From Eledone cirrhosa (Eukaryota): a DNA stretch of 64,000 bases. The position numbers and the translations under genes were made by a program. The notes under the pieces were generated by a model. That model searched no databases and was not told the origin of the DNA. It was given only the letters and a program-made list of their open reading frames with translations. Position 1 is the stretch's first letter. The number at the start of each line of letters is the position of its first letter. Of this stretch, positions 15,140-28,915 are shown piece by piece. Location: the NCBI GenBank assembly GCA_964016885.1, contig OZ024746.1, positions 74,400,001 through 74,464,000 on the forward strand, given 5' to 3'.

Positions 15140-15691
15140 ATGTATGTATGTATGTATGTATGTGTGTGTGTATATGTATGTGTACATGTATGTATGTATA
15201 TACGCATACATAGAAATTGAAATGAATAAACGTTTTTACTGCATTGGTAACGCTCTTTCCCTAATGAAAAGGATTTTGAAAATATGAACCTGAAAGATAG
15301 AAAGAAATCTGAGGTCCCTCCTTAGAATGTAGTTGCATAACAAATTGCTAAGTGATGTTCAGAGAGTCAAGCAAGCGTTAAATGCGTGCATAGTAAATTT
15401 ACTGTAAAGTCATGACAAGCTATTGTATAATCACGAAGGAAATGCACTTCAGCTGAACTATAGACCCATCGCGACATTCGGTTGGCTTTCAGTATGTTGC
15501 TAAGTAGTTATTTAATCCTGGCTACTATAGAATATATTCCATATATAATATCATTTCTCCTTGATACACTTGATATTTAGAAGGTAGTATACGTCATCAA
15601 TACACCTGAAATACTGTCACATGCTTCCATTGAATAGAATGGGCAATAGAATGGACCAATAAATAATTGCTGCAAATACGTATATATGTAA

Positions 15692-15743
<52 letters not shown>

Positions 15744-15809
15744 GAATACATGTAGAAAAATATATATGTATGTGTGATGTCGGAGCATGCTTGTATGTTT
15801 ACATGTATC

Positions 15810-16169
<360 letters not shown>

Positions 16170-16254
16170 TATATATATATACATATATATATACACATAT
16201 ACATATATATATATATGCATATATATATATACACATACATACATATATACATAA

Positions 16255-16307
<53 letters not shown>

Positions 16308-16889
16308 AAGAAATATATATATATATATATATATAGATATAGATATAGATAAATATATATATATATATATGCGCGCGTGTATATGTGTGTGTGTGTGAAT
16401 ATGTTAGGCGTGTGTCTGTGTGTACAGAGACAAAAACACAGACACATACATATCAATACAGACACACGAACATAGCAACTCTACCTTTAATTATGTGGTT
16501 ATGTATGGGTTTGCATTTATAGACCCTCATATATACTCGAATAATTTTTATATATTATGTATATGTGTGTGTGTACGTGAAATTATGTGTGTGTGTGTAC
16601 GTGAAATTATGTGTGTGTTTGTGCGTGTACACTAACAATACTGCATGTAATTATCTATGCTAGTAATGTAGGTTATCACATGATCTATTCAATAATAAAG
16701 CTTATAAATATTTCATCTATTGAGGAAGGATAAGATGAAATGCCATCGCTATTTATTATTTACCATACCATTATGGTTATATATGTATATGTTTATGTGT
16801 GAGTGTGTGTATGTGTGTGTACGTGTGTACGCGGTTGCGTGAGAGTGTACGTATGTGTATGAGTGGGTGTATGTGTGCTTGTAATGATT

Positions 16890-18095
<1,206 letters not shown>

Positions 18096-18398
18096 TAATA
18101 TATAAGAACAAAAGATGGTTAAAAGAGTTCCATGTATTTTATTATGCGCATTTCAAAAACATATATCATCATGCAATAATATTTGTGTTTTCATCAGATA
18201 AAACAGGAAGACATGATATGAAAGTTAAAAAACACTTGTGGATAGTGCAGTTTTAAATCAACATAAAATACATGGAACTCTTTTAACCATCTTTTGTTCT
18301 TATATATTATATATACTCCAGTCCTACAAACTGTAGAGTGCTTCTTATCCGATATCTGCATTGCTTTATTGTACTACAATAAAACTCACCTCCTACAT
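18096..18398. mobile_element. Foldback element family B (PLE pseudo-LTR)
   Basis: Highly similar to 24771-25190; inverted arms; (TA)n on both sides. Confidence 0.8.
18135..18205 (-). ncRNA. Type I hammerhead ribozyme, family B
   Basis: Minus strand TGTTTTAT-CTGATGA-stem II-GAAA-TGCGCA-TA-ATAAAATA. Confidence 0.8.
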
Positions 18399-18422
18399 AT
18401 ATATATATATGTATGTATATAT

Positions 18423-18424
<2 letters not shown>

Positions 18425-18520
<96 letters not shown>
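18425..18520. repeat. (GATA)n microsatellite
   Basis: Directly visible; another at about 22258-22340. Confidence 0.97.
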
Positions 18521-18521
<1 letters not shown>

Positions 18522-19765
18522 TACATACATTTGTGTAATGAAATTACAGTTTTGTGAATTGTAATAATGACGAAAGTTACTCAATGCTATTGAATCTTTT
18601 GAATAAGATTTATTCAAATCTAGGATCATGAGTGTCCACTAATCGGCACTTACTCTTCCGTTACTGAGGTAATAGCCTTGCTTGAAATTAGAATTAAAAA
18701 CACTTGTTGAAGCGGTTTTTTTTAAAAAGCACTTGACAATGAGGAACAAGCTTGATAATCAGGGACAAGCTTGACATATATGCTGAATGTAAAAATGGTA
18801 GAAAGGAAATAACAGTACAACCACTAGTACAGATAAACAGAATCACGGGAGTAATAATGAAGTTAAAAGGAACGAAATGTTATGTTGGACTAGGAAAAAC
18901 ATGTTTCTATTGATCTGTCCATTGTTGATGATACATACAGCTAGCTATATTCTTTGCAGAAGGAACAAACTGAAATAAAGTATTTTGGTTAAGATCACAA
19001 CACGCTATATTTTCCAAAAACCAAACTCACGACTTTCTGGTTACGTGTCCCAGAGTCTAGCTACCAAGTCACACGTAGCGAGAAAAGGGGAGAGGAACTC
19101 TTGTGTGTCTTTCATTGTGTGTTCATCCAGTTGCAAGCATGTGTAATCTGTCAGAAAATTAACAGAGAAAGGACAAGATAACGAACGGAAACAAAACAAA
19201 ACGAAAAATATTTTTTTAAGGGGGAACTTTAGAAAATTATTTAAAAAAAATAGAAATACAAACGATATGTATCTTGATTCAGAAAAACTACTATCCAACC
19301 AAACAAATCGGGAAGGTTCTGAAAAGTTTCTGGAAGCTGCACTTTTCTTGACTTCAAAGAAAGAAACATTTCCTAAAGTATGTTCATAGGAAATTATCAT
19401 AGTACAACGTATTTATCATTTTTGCTAAATAACTGCTTCTACTCTAGCTAACCTCTGGAATAATCTATTAAGTTAAAATTATGATTTAAAAAGTTGCTCG
19501 ACCGGCTGCATTAGCTAAATATGTCATAACCAAACCCCTTCTGAAATATACGCCTTTCCTGAAAAAGCAAGGCAATATATATTGCCAAAACAAAATACTC
19601 ACACCCGAATGAAATCTGCAGCAATATATATTTATTTATTCACGGTTATGGAAATATTTTCATAATTTATGCGGTTTCATATACAGCATCAGGGTGGCAA
19701 AATCTTCAAAGTATATTATATATTTTGATGCTCATATTCTTATTTCAATTCTTTGCAATGAGAAA

Positions 19766-19813
<48 letters not shown>

Positions 19814-19832
19814 GTTGTTGTTGTTGTTGTTG

Positions 19833-19865
<33 letters not shown>

Positions 19866-20217
19866 CACCCTTGTTCCCTTTTTGATGTTTTATATTGATG
19901 ATGCTTCTTTTTTTTTGCCTATGTTGTTGCAGTAAATATAGTTATTTTTTCTCATTGTTCGTATTGTTTGGTTGTTTATTTATGATTGTGCTGCTCTTGT
20001 TATTCATACTCCTACCGTTCTGCCTATTATTTACAATTCTTTAGTGCTGCCAGAGCTGTTGATGTTGCTATAGGTGATTCTGATCACAAACCACTTCGTT
20101 GTAATTTTGTTGCTTTTAATATTGTCGCTCGTTTTCGTATTATTGTTATTGTTGTTGTCATTTGTGTCAAGTATGGGGGTAGTGAATTGTGGATCAAGCT
20201 TTGCTTTTTTATCCTAT

Positions 20218-20323
<106 letters not shown>

Positions 20324-21172
20324 TACATGTCTCCCATTGTATATAATATACACATAGAGAGAGAGAGAAGGTGGGATATATATATATATATAGAGAGAGA
20401 GATCATTGCATCTCATCCCATTTCATCTTCCGATCAACCAAGTGAAACATACTCATGCCTGATGTCTCTATCCATTATCACTTTTAGTATATCCAATAGA
20501 GTCTGCAATCCAGTAATTGTTTATGTACGTAAAGGTAGAACAATATTTGTTTGGATCCTGACTCCTTCACTTACACACACACCCATATATATATATACAG
20601 TTCAAGAGTAACCAATCTTAAAGAGAGAGATGGAGATAGGAGAGGAGATAGGAGAGGAGAGATCGGTAAATTAGTTAGAAGCCAAAGCGTAAAGGCATGT
20701 GCTCAATGTGCAATATGCAGTAGAAAGCAGCTAGGTGGCTGGGTTCATGCAGAAGTTAGGCGCACTATGTTACCCATAGGCAGATCTCACACAATGCAGC
20801 CTCGACAGATGAATACTGCTTGATTATGGCTGACAACTGATACAACCAGGACACCGTAGAGAAACACCAATATATGGAACACTACATTATGTAACATTAT
20901 CTCCTTATTTTAATTTATATTCCTTTGAAGTTCCGATGAGCCGCTCTGTTTTAAAATATGTGAATTATTTTCAACTGAACCAGATCAATAATGATATATA
21001 GTCATCTCATCCAGAAATATTATATGGAGTAGCGAAACAATTGTAAACGGACATTATTATTATTAATATTGTTATTATTATTCTCTACATTCCTACATCA
21101 AACTAAAAGATGCTGGCAATCTTTTAATAATGTCTTCTTTATGAAATTTGTGGCCTTGTTTTGCTTAACTAA

Positions 21173-21238
<66 letters not shown>

Positions 21239-21629
21239 TGGCCATAATGATAGTCGAGCACGATGAAAAAATGATTCAGACAGAGGATAAAGTGCAGGCG
21301 TAGACAAAGAATCTGCGAGGAATGAAAACACGTACCTCAGGGACACCGGGCGAATGCGGTTACTGCAATACAGAAGAAGAATTGGTCACCAATTTGGTTA
21401 ATTCGTAAGATTTTAAGACTGTAGCAAGAAGTGGGAAACAAAGCGATAGACATACGATGTATTGGGAAAGTTTGTAATTTGATGACAACCGGTTTATATA
21501 TATAATAATAATAATATTGAAACTATGCAATACGTCGACTGCAACCCAGTGACGTCTATCGACCCATAACACTGATTTGTGAAGGTTGGTCGTTGTTAAA
21601 CAGAGAGTGTTTGGCTATTGTTTAGATGA

Positions 21630-21737
<108 letters not shown>

Positions 21738-21823
21738 TTATTTATTTAGGTTTGTTGGTTCACCACTGGATAGAATTGGTCATTCCGTATGGTTAATCTT
21801 GATATATATATATATATATATAT

Positions 21824-22163
21824 ATATTGTTACGCTTTGAGAGGGTCATGTTGCCAATAAGAAACACACGCACCACTTGCGCAAACTAAGCACACAACAC
21901 ACACAAAAAACAAGATGGCGTAGGACAGAACAAAGGACAGACACAAAAACAAAGAAAAGAATCCCAGTCACTGAAGAGGTCACAGAATGTGTGACAAAAG
22001 AATTTGACAATATATGAACAATCGTCTGGTTGTGGAACCAAGCAACCAACCGGAAACTTATAAATTTAGGAATTTATAAATTTAATTCATAATAAATTGA
22101 AGTGAAACAAATGGTGCGTGTGTTTCTTATTGGCAACATGACCCTCCCAAAGCATAACAATAT
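21824..22163. repeat. Foldback element with about 55-bp inverted arms
   Basis: 21824-21879 is the reverse complement of 22108-22163 with a few mismatches; the left end abuts (TA)n. Confidence 0.8.
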
Positions 22164-22257
22164 CGGTTTCAACACACGTTTTCAGATAAATAATCTTGCT
22201 AAACAAATTCAGAAACGAAATATATATATATATTTATATATATATATATATAGAGAG

Positions 22258-22359
<102 letters not shown>

Positions 22360-22940
22360 CGATATATATACATTACATTGATAAATGTAACGATATGTGT
22401 GTGAGCTGGGTGTCGTAAACCAACATTCTCTCACTAGGATTTCACACATCAAAATCCATATACATAGAGAATCCATTTTTATATATTCCAAGAGAAAGGT
22501 TCAATGAATTATAAACAGTTTGCTTTTTGTCGAGTTCTCCTATTTTGTTTGTCTACTTCAATCATTTTTCGTATTTTAAACTATATGCTCAGTCTCTTCC
22601 TCCTCTTTCTTCCTTTCTATCTACCTATCTTTTCCCATCCATCTTTTGATCTATTTATCAATATATTTATCTATATGTTTATATATCTACCATTTTATTT
22701 ATATACCGTTCCCCTCTAAGTCCCTCTCTCTTTCTATTTATATATAAACCCACACATCAATATTTACCAGGCAATTGAATATGCAATCCAAGTATATATC
22801 TATCCATATCTTCGTCAATCAGATGGAAATAGAAACCAGAACTACCACTGATCACACCCTAGCGTTTTTAATAATGAATGCAATGGACAATGTAATCTTG
22901 TGTGAGCAAAACCTCATGTTATATATATATATATAACATG

Positions 22941-23018
<78 letters not shown>

Positions 23019-23139
23019 CATGTTATATATATATATATATGATGATGATGATGATGATTATATATATATATCATTATATATATCATGATATATATCATTA
23101 TAGATATATGATGATGATGATGATGATGATGATTATATA

Positions 23140-23640
23140 TATCATCATCATCATCATCATCATTACTATCATCACCATTTAACGTCTATTGTTCCACGCT
23201 TGCATGGTTTAGACGAGCTGCAATGTTATGCGACATGTCAGGTCAGGTGAGCCACGTTATGTTCATACTGATGTGTATCTTAGCTTCTTTTCGGCGGTTA
23301 CATTTATTACTGCGTGTTTTTTTATTTACCGTGGCACCACTATGACAAATTTACATGGTAATCGGGGCACATTTGTCGTGTCGCCAGTCCGACCATTTTA
23401 ACGGATCGAATTGGCGATTTTTTGCCGTGTCACTAACACGTCAACATGTCCAGCTTACAGGATGGATTTAATGATTTTATTCGTGTGAGACCAGATCAGC
23501 AGACTGGGTGGATTTAGTGCTTTTTTTGTCATGACAATGACATTGTGGGAGATCAGATGCAGAGAGTGTCCATCTTTCATCCTTGTATGCGAGAGTTGGG
23601 CAAGAGAGCTGTATCAGGGGTGAGGATTGAATGTTTGTAA
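23140..23640 (-). mobile_element. Probable 3' end of an RTE-like retroposon with (GAT)n tail
   Basis: (CAT)n followed by TTTAACGTCTATTGTTCCACGCTTGCATGG; a related motif lies at about 48167-48200 next to an RT fragment. Confidence 0.45.
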
Positions 23641-23754
23641 CAAGTAAGAAAGTTCGGCGTGGACGTCAATAACAAAATCGGAAATTCATGAAAATGAAAT
23701 TTCATCGTTCTTTTTAATATATATATATATAAACATATATATATATATATATAT

Positions 23755-23925
23755 ATTCATCCTTCTATGTTGTTTACTTGTCTCACTCGCTTTACGCGAT
23801 TTACTTGTCCCAATAGCTTTATTTAGCTATCGCTCGAACCAACCTGAGGTATATGATTTTTAATGCGATGAAATATCAATGATGGTTGGCAAATCACTGA
23901 CGAAGGGCTATTTTTATCATATGTA
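23755..23925 (+). mobile_element. Dispersed repeat ending in a hammerhead 5' half (CTGACGA)
   Basis: Homologous in reverse orientation to 49890-50060. Confidence 0.65.
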
Positions 23926-23975
23926 ACCCATGTGCAACCATGCAGTATTCTTCTTTCTTCTCATGTTTTTTATAT

Positions 23976-24007
<32 letters not shown>

Positions 24008-24078
24008 CCAGGGGGTGTAACTTGGAGTTACTGCAGGTTCACCCAGGAGAGCACTCGATATTTAGGTTCGCTTCTGTG

Positions 24079-24120
<42 letters not shown>

Positions 24121-24132
24121 AATGTGTATATT

Positions 24133-24244
<112 letters not shown>

Positions 24245-24752
24245 AATGTGCTACTGGTAACATGTAACCCAGTACAACCTGTGTCATGGTCGGGTCGTCG
24301 ACTAAACTGGCAACTCCACCAAACTTGCTTGCTGAGGAGGGTGATATTTGGACACCCTGCGGGATGAAAAAGAGGACCCAGCAAAGGGCGGAGGAACTCG
24401 CTAGAGTTAATGGCCATCCAAATCGTACTTTTTTTTACCTGGGAGTGAAAGGCCCCCAGTTGTTGTCACAAAACCTTTCAAGGAGGGGGAAACTCTGACA
24501 AAAAAACCCTGCGGCTTCGGAAGCATCCGATGATGTTGATCAGTTCTCCTTTTCGTGTAGTTGTTTTCGATGCTCAGAGAGTGGGATGGGTTGAGTGTAA
24601 GGACTTTCCCCACTTAAAAAACTTTCAAAGGACAGCCATTGATTTTCAGGATCTGTTATATGTTAGTGTGACTGGGCGTAGTCTAAAAGTGCACCGGTTT
24701 CTGTAATCTGAGAAGCGATTGCAAAACTCTTAGCAGAGTTTGCAGCCATCAT
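24245..24752 (+). mobile_element. Non-autonomous RTE-derived element (5' UTR plus 3' tip)
   Basis: 5' part matches the reverse complement of about 27925-28170; 3' end GAGTTTGCAGCCATCAT matches GAGTTGGCAGCCACCAT. Confidence 0.65.
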
Positions 24753-24899
24753 ATATATATGTATTTATATAATGTAGGAGGTGAGTTTTATTGTAGTACA
24801 ATAAAGCAATGCAGATATCGGATAAGAAGCACTCTACAGTTTGTAGGACTGGAGTATACATAATATATAAGATCAAAAGATGGTTAAAGGAGTTCCATG

Positions 24900-24970
24900 T
24901 ATTTTATTATGCGCATTTCAAAAACAAACATCATCATGCAATAATATTTGTGTTTTCATCAGATAAAACA
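24900..24970 (-). ncRNA. Type I hammerhead ribozyme, family B
   Basis: Reverse complement of 25077-25147. Confidence 0.8.
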
Positions 24971-25076
24971 GGAGAACATGATATGAAGGCTAAAAAACAC
25001 TTGTGGATAGTGCAGTTATGTTGATTTAAAACTGCACTATCCACAAGTGTTTTTTAGCCTTCATATGATGTTCTCC

Positions 25077-25147
25077 TGTTTTATCTGATGAAAACACAAA
25101 TATTATTGCATGATGATGTTTGTTTTTGAAATGCGCATAATAAAATA
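25077..25147 (+). ncRNA. Type I hammerhead ribozyme, family B
   Basis: Stem I TGTTTTAT/ATAAAATA; CTGATGA 25085-25091; about 16-bp stem II; GAAA 25128-25131; palindromic stem III ATGCGCAT; AUA triplet with predicted cut after 25139. Confidence 0.85.
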
Positions 25148-25188
25148 CATGGAACTCCTTTAACCATCTTTTGATCTTATATATTATG

Positions 25189-25255
<67 letters not shown>

Positions 25256-25504
25256 TTATACACATTGTATGCCTGTGCATGTGCCCTTGTTAGCATGTTA
25301 GCATGTATATAAATATTTTGTAATGTTTTACAATATCTAATAATAAACTTTCCGATATATAAATAATGAATACCTTCACACACTATGGCTTAACTATGGT
25401 GTTTATCTCAGATCAGATTCTTTTTTAGATTTTGCTTCTCAGAACAGAGGTTGCACCAAATATAATCATTCAGATAGGTATATATTTCTAAAGACACTTA
25501 TACA

Positions 25505-25574
<70 letters not shown>

Positions 25575-25590
25575 ACATATATATATATAT

Positions 25591-25680
<90 letters not shown>

Positions 25681-25681
25681 A

Positions 25682-25743
<62 letters not shown>

Positions 25744-26393
25744 AGCACCCAATCCCACTTAGTATAACAAGAAGACATTCATTCAGAAATGAATGTAACA
25801 TGTCTGAAGAACAAAGACCTCAAAGTCAGAGATTTTTAAAAGCGTCAAATAGCCACAAGCAAATTCCTATCAATTCGTACGCACACAAATATGTCCATAT
25901 ATATATATATATGGGGGGTGCATTTCTGAGTGTATATATGTTTATGCAATGAGTGTGCATTGTTGGAGCTGTGTGTCTGACTAACGTTCAAAGAGCTGAA
26001 CATTTTACAGGGCCCTTGTACCCTTGACGAAGTTCTCAGGGAGATTGAGCGCGACACAAAATATGACAAGGCTGGACCAATTGAAAAAGCGGATGAAAAA
26101 AACACAAACTTCGAGCATAAATCATGGGAATACCAAGCAGAAGTGCGTTTGCCACCATATTATCAGTATCAGTACACAACGATTCGACTAAAATCAACGG
26201 AGGACTGAGGGGGTATAAAGGCTGCAACGAAAATTTCTCCACGTCATTCGAATGTGACCTGTGGGTCAATCTTGCTCGGCAACATTCGACCTTGCTCTGA
26301 ACCAGATGCACCGTCATTTATGAGATAATTGAGAAGAAAGCGAAATATAATCAGTAACGAGAAAGAGGACATAACAATATATGTATATATATA

Positions 26394-26516
26394 TATAAAG
26401 AAAAAGAGATGAAATCGAAAGTGCAACTGGAGTCTTATTTTTTTTTTTAAATATATATATTTAAAAAAAAAATAAGACTCCAGTTGCATTTTCGATTTCA
26501 TCTCTTTTTCTTTATA
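26394..26516. repeat. Near-perfect palindrome of about 120 bp
   Basis: TATAAAGAAAAAGAGATGAAATCGAAAGTGCAACTGGAGTCTTAT.. mirrored around a TA-rich centre. Confidence 0.9.
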
Positions 26517-26577
26517 CTTTCACTCGTGTAGGACACCTCGGTTATTTTTCATTTTGTAAAAAAAACCTCACTTTCTA

Positions 26578-26609
<32 letters not shown>

Positions 26610-26649
26610 CGATATTAGCAAATGGAAACTATATTTATAAAACCATATT

Positions 26650-26714
26650 TATTTCATTATACATATTTCAAGGACACCAAGTTAAATTATGGTGTGCTTT
26701 CATCAGATAAAATA
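26650..26714 (-). ncRNA. Type I hammerhead ribozyme, family A
   Basis: Reverse complement of 26847-26911. Confidence 0.8.
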
Positions 26715-26846
26715 TAATATAGAGCAGTTTTGTAAATAAATATTGACATACCCATTACTGTTGGAAGCTATCCGGGAGCTTCCAACAGTAATGGTTGCAT
26801 TCTTTAAGGGTATGTCAATATTTATTTATAAAACTGATCTATATTA

Positions 26847-26911
26847 TATTTTATCTGATGAAAGCACACCATAATTTAACTTGGTGTCCTTGAAATATGT
26901 ATAATGAAATA
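26847..26911 (+). ncRNA. Type I hammerhead ribozyme, family A
   Basis: Stem I TATTTTAT/ATGAAATA; CTGATGA; stem II AAG..ACACCA/TGGTGT..CTT; GAAA; self-complementary ATATGTAT; predicted cut after 26903. Confidence 0.85.
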
Positions 26912-27038
26912 AATATGGTTTTATAAATATAGTTTCCATTTGTTAATATCGTATTTTTACTCCAATTATTTGTTGAGTGCTTTATATCAGTTATACAAAT
27001 ATTTGCTTGTTTTATCCCAACAATTTAAATAGAACTTT

Positions 27039-27080
<42 letters not shown>

Positions 27081-27083
<3 letters not shown>

Positions 27084-27497
27084 GGTGGCTGCCAACTCGT
27101 TTTCGAGTACGGCCACTATTTTTTATCTTATCCATGTAGGAAAACCCCTACCGATGCGCTGAACAAGTGTGACTTTTTAGTCCAGCCAGCGACTTGAAAA
27201 CTCTGGTTCAAACACTACACTTGTGACAATTATTGACACATAGTGCTGGACCCATGGTACCATGTGATGACAAGTGCAGAGAGATCTCCAGATATAAAGC
27301 AATGCCTGTGCCGTGAAGCTTTTATAGTGAGCAAAGGCCCTGCACAAAGCCAGTCCCACTCTCTTAACCAAGATGATATTTACCAAAAAGAAGAATAAGT
27401 CAACATCATTGGATACCATCAGGGTTGCAGGTGTTATATCAGAGTTTTCCTTCTCCTAGAATTCTGCCTTGACAAAGGCTAAGGGCTCATCTCTCCA
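27081..27497 (-). mobile_element. 5'-truncated copy of bipartite RTE-derived element
   Basis: Direct repeat of 27576-27987 at a 495-bp offset. Confidence 0.8.
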
Positions 27498-27575
27498 TAT
27501 ATATACATCCACATACATACATACATACATACATACATACATACATACATACATACATACATACATACATACATA

Positions 27576-28187
27576 CATGGTGGCTGCCAACTCGTTTTCG
27601 AGTACGGCCACTACTTTATATCCATGTAGGAGAACCCCTACCGATGCGCTGAACGAGTGTGACTTTTTAGTCCAGCCAGTGACTTGAAAACTCTGGTACA
27701 AACACTACACTTGTGACAATTATTGACACATAGTGCTGGGCCCATGGTACCATGTGACGACAAGTGCAGAGAGATCTCCAGATATAAAGCAATGCCTGTG
27801 CCGTGAAGCTTTTATAGTGAGCAAAGGCACTGCACAAAGCCAGTCCCACTCTCTTAACCAAGATGATATTTACCAAAAAGAAGAACAAGTCAACATCATT
27901 GGATACCATCAGGGTTGCAGGTGTTATATCAGAGTTTTCCTTCTCCTAGAATTCTGCCTTGACAAAGGCTAAGGGGTCATCTCTCCCAGTGATTTTGGAT
28001 GGCCATTGACTCTTAAGAGCTCCTTTGCCCTTTGACAGGTTTTGTTTTTAGTCCTGCAGGATGTCCAAAGTCACCCTCCTCACCAAGAAACCTTGGTGGG
28101 GTTGCCAGTTTAGTCGCCAACGACCCGACCATGAGACAGGTTGTACTGGGATACATGTTACCAGTAGCACCAACTGGTGACCTGACA
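27576..28187 (-). mobile_element. Bipartite non-autonomous RTE element with (ATGT)n tail
   Basis: RTE-like 5' UTR (..CTAGGAGAAGGAAAACTCTGA) joined to a C-terminal C2H2 remnant HKCSVCTRVFKSLAGLKSHTRSAHR*; (ATAC)n on both sides. Confidence 0.75.
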
Positions 28188-28244
28188 TACATACATACAT
28201 ACATACATACATACATACATACATACATACATACATACACATGT

Positions 28245-28500
28245 ATGTAAGAATACTTTCGAAACAGCGAGTGGGTTTGAAATTATTAGAAATGTAAGCT
28301 ATCGCCGTATTTTGACTAAAGAAATTAAAGAAATTATTTAGCCTGATAGTGGGGTTAAGAACCCTCGGAGAAATGGAAAAAGATGTCTATTGACGTCCTG
28401 TGTACGTCAATACTCATCTTTTTCCATTTCTCCGAGGGTCCTTAACACCACTATCAGACTAAATAATGTCATTAATATCTTTAGTCAAAATACGGCGATA
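28245..28500. mobile_element. Foldback element family D
   Basis: Arms 28300-28398 / 28406-28500; homologous to 52931-53225. Confidence 0.75.
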
Positions 28501-28517
28501 TATAAATATATATATAT

Positions 28518-28718
28518 ACGATATTAATAAATGGAAACTATATTTATAAAACCATATTTATTTCATTATACATATTTCAGGGATACCAAATTAAATTATG
28601 GTATGCCTTCATCAGACAAAATACAATATATAACAGTTTTACAAATACGTGTCGAGTGCTTTATATCAGTTATAAATATATTTACTTGTTGTATCCCAAC
28701 AATTTTAAATAGAACTTT

Positions 28719-28721
<3 letters not shown>
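28518..28721. mobile_element. Family A element; minus-strand hammerhead at 28559-28623
   Basis: Inverted arm joined to the forward tail; intact core with compensatory stem II changes. Confidence 0.8.
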
Positions 28722-28772
<51 letters not shown>

Positions 28773-28876
28773 GCTCCGGTATAGCGATATAAATATGAAT
28801 GTACGTATTGTATGTTGAATAATATTATTCAATATACAATAGGTACATTCATTTATATATATATAAATATATATGC

Positions 28877-28915
28877 AGGGTGTCTCCCCCAAAATGTATA
28901 CACATTTTTGTACAG
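28877..28915 (+). mobile_element. Solo Tc1/mariner-like terminal repeat
   Basis: CAGGGTGTCTCCCCCAAAATGTATACAC resembles mariner TIRs; no partner end found. Confidence 0.35.

Larger units (their letters stand above)
24771..25190. mobile_element. Foldback element family B, about 165-bp near-perfect arms
   Basis: 24857-25017 is inverted in 25030-25190; (TA)n flanks. Confidence 0.85.
26608..27040. mobile_element. Foldback element family A (PLE pseudo-LTR)
   Basis: About 145-bp arms (26608-26752 / 26807-26953), nested hairpin at the centre, single-copy tail to 27040, (TA)n flanks. Confidence 0.85.

Noticed and set aside
19305-19510. Possible mariner TIR remnant (GGTTCTGAAAAGTTTCT)
   Set aside because: Too degenerate, with no matching end or transposase.
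27177-27909. Duplicated 80-aa ORFs MVSNDVDLFFF..
   Set aside because: Incidental frame in the duplicated RTE-derived element; the real coding remnant (C2H2) is in another frame.
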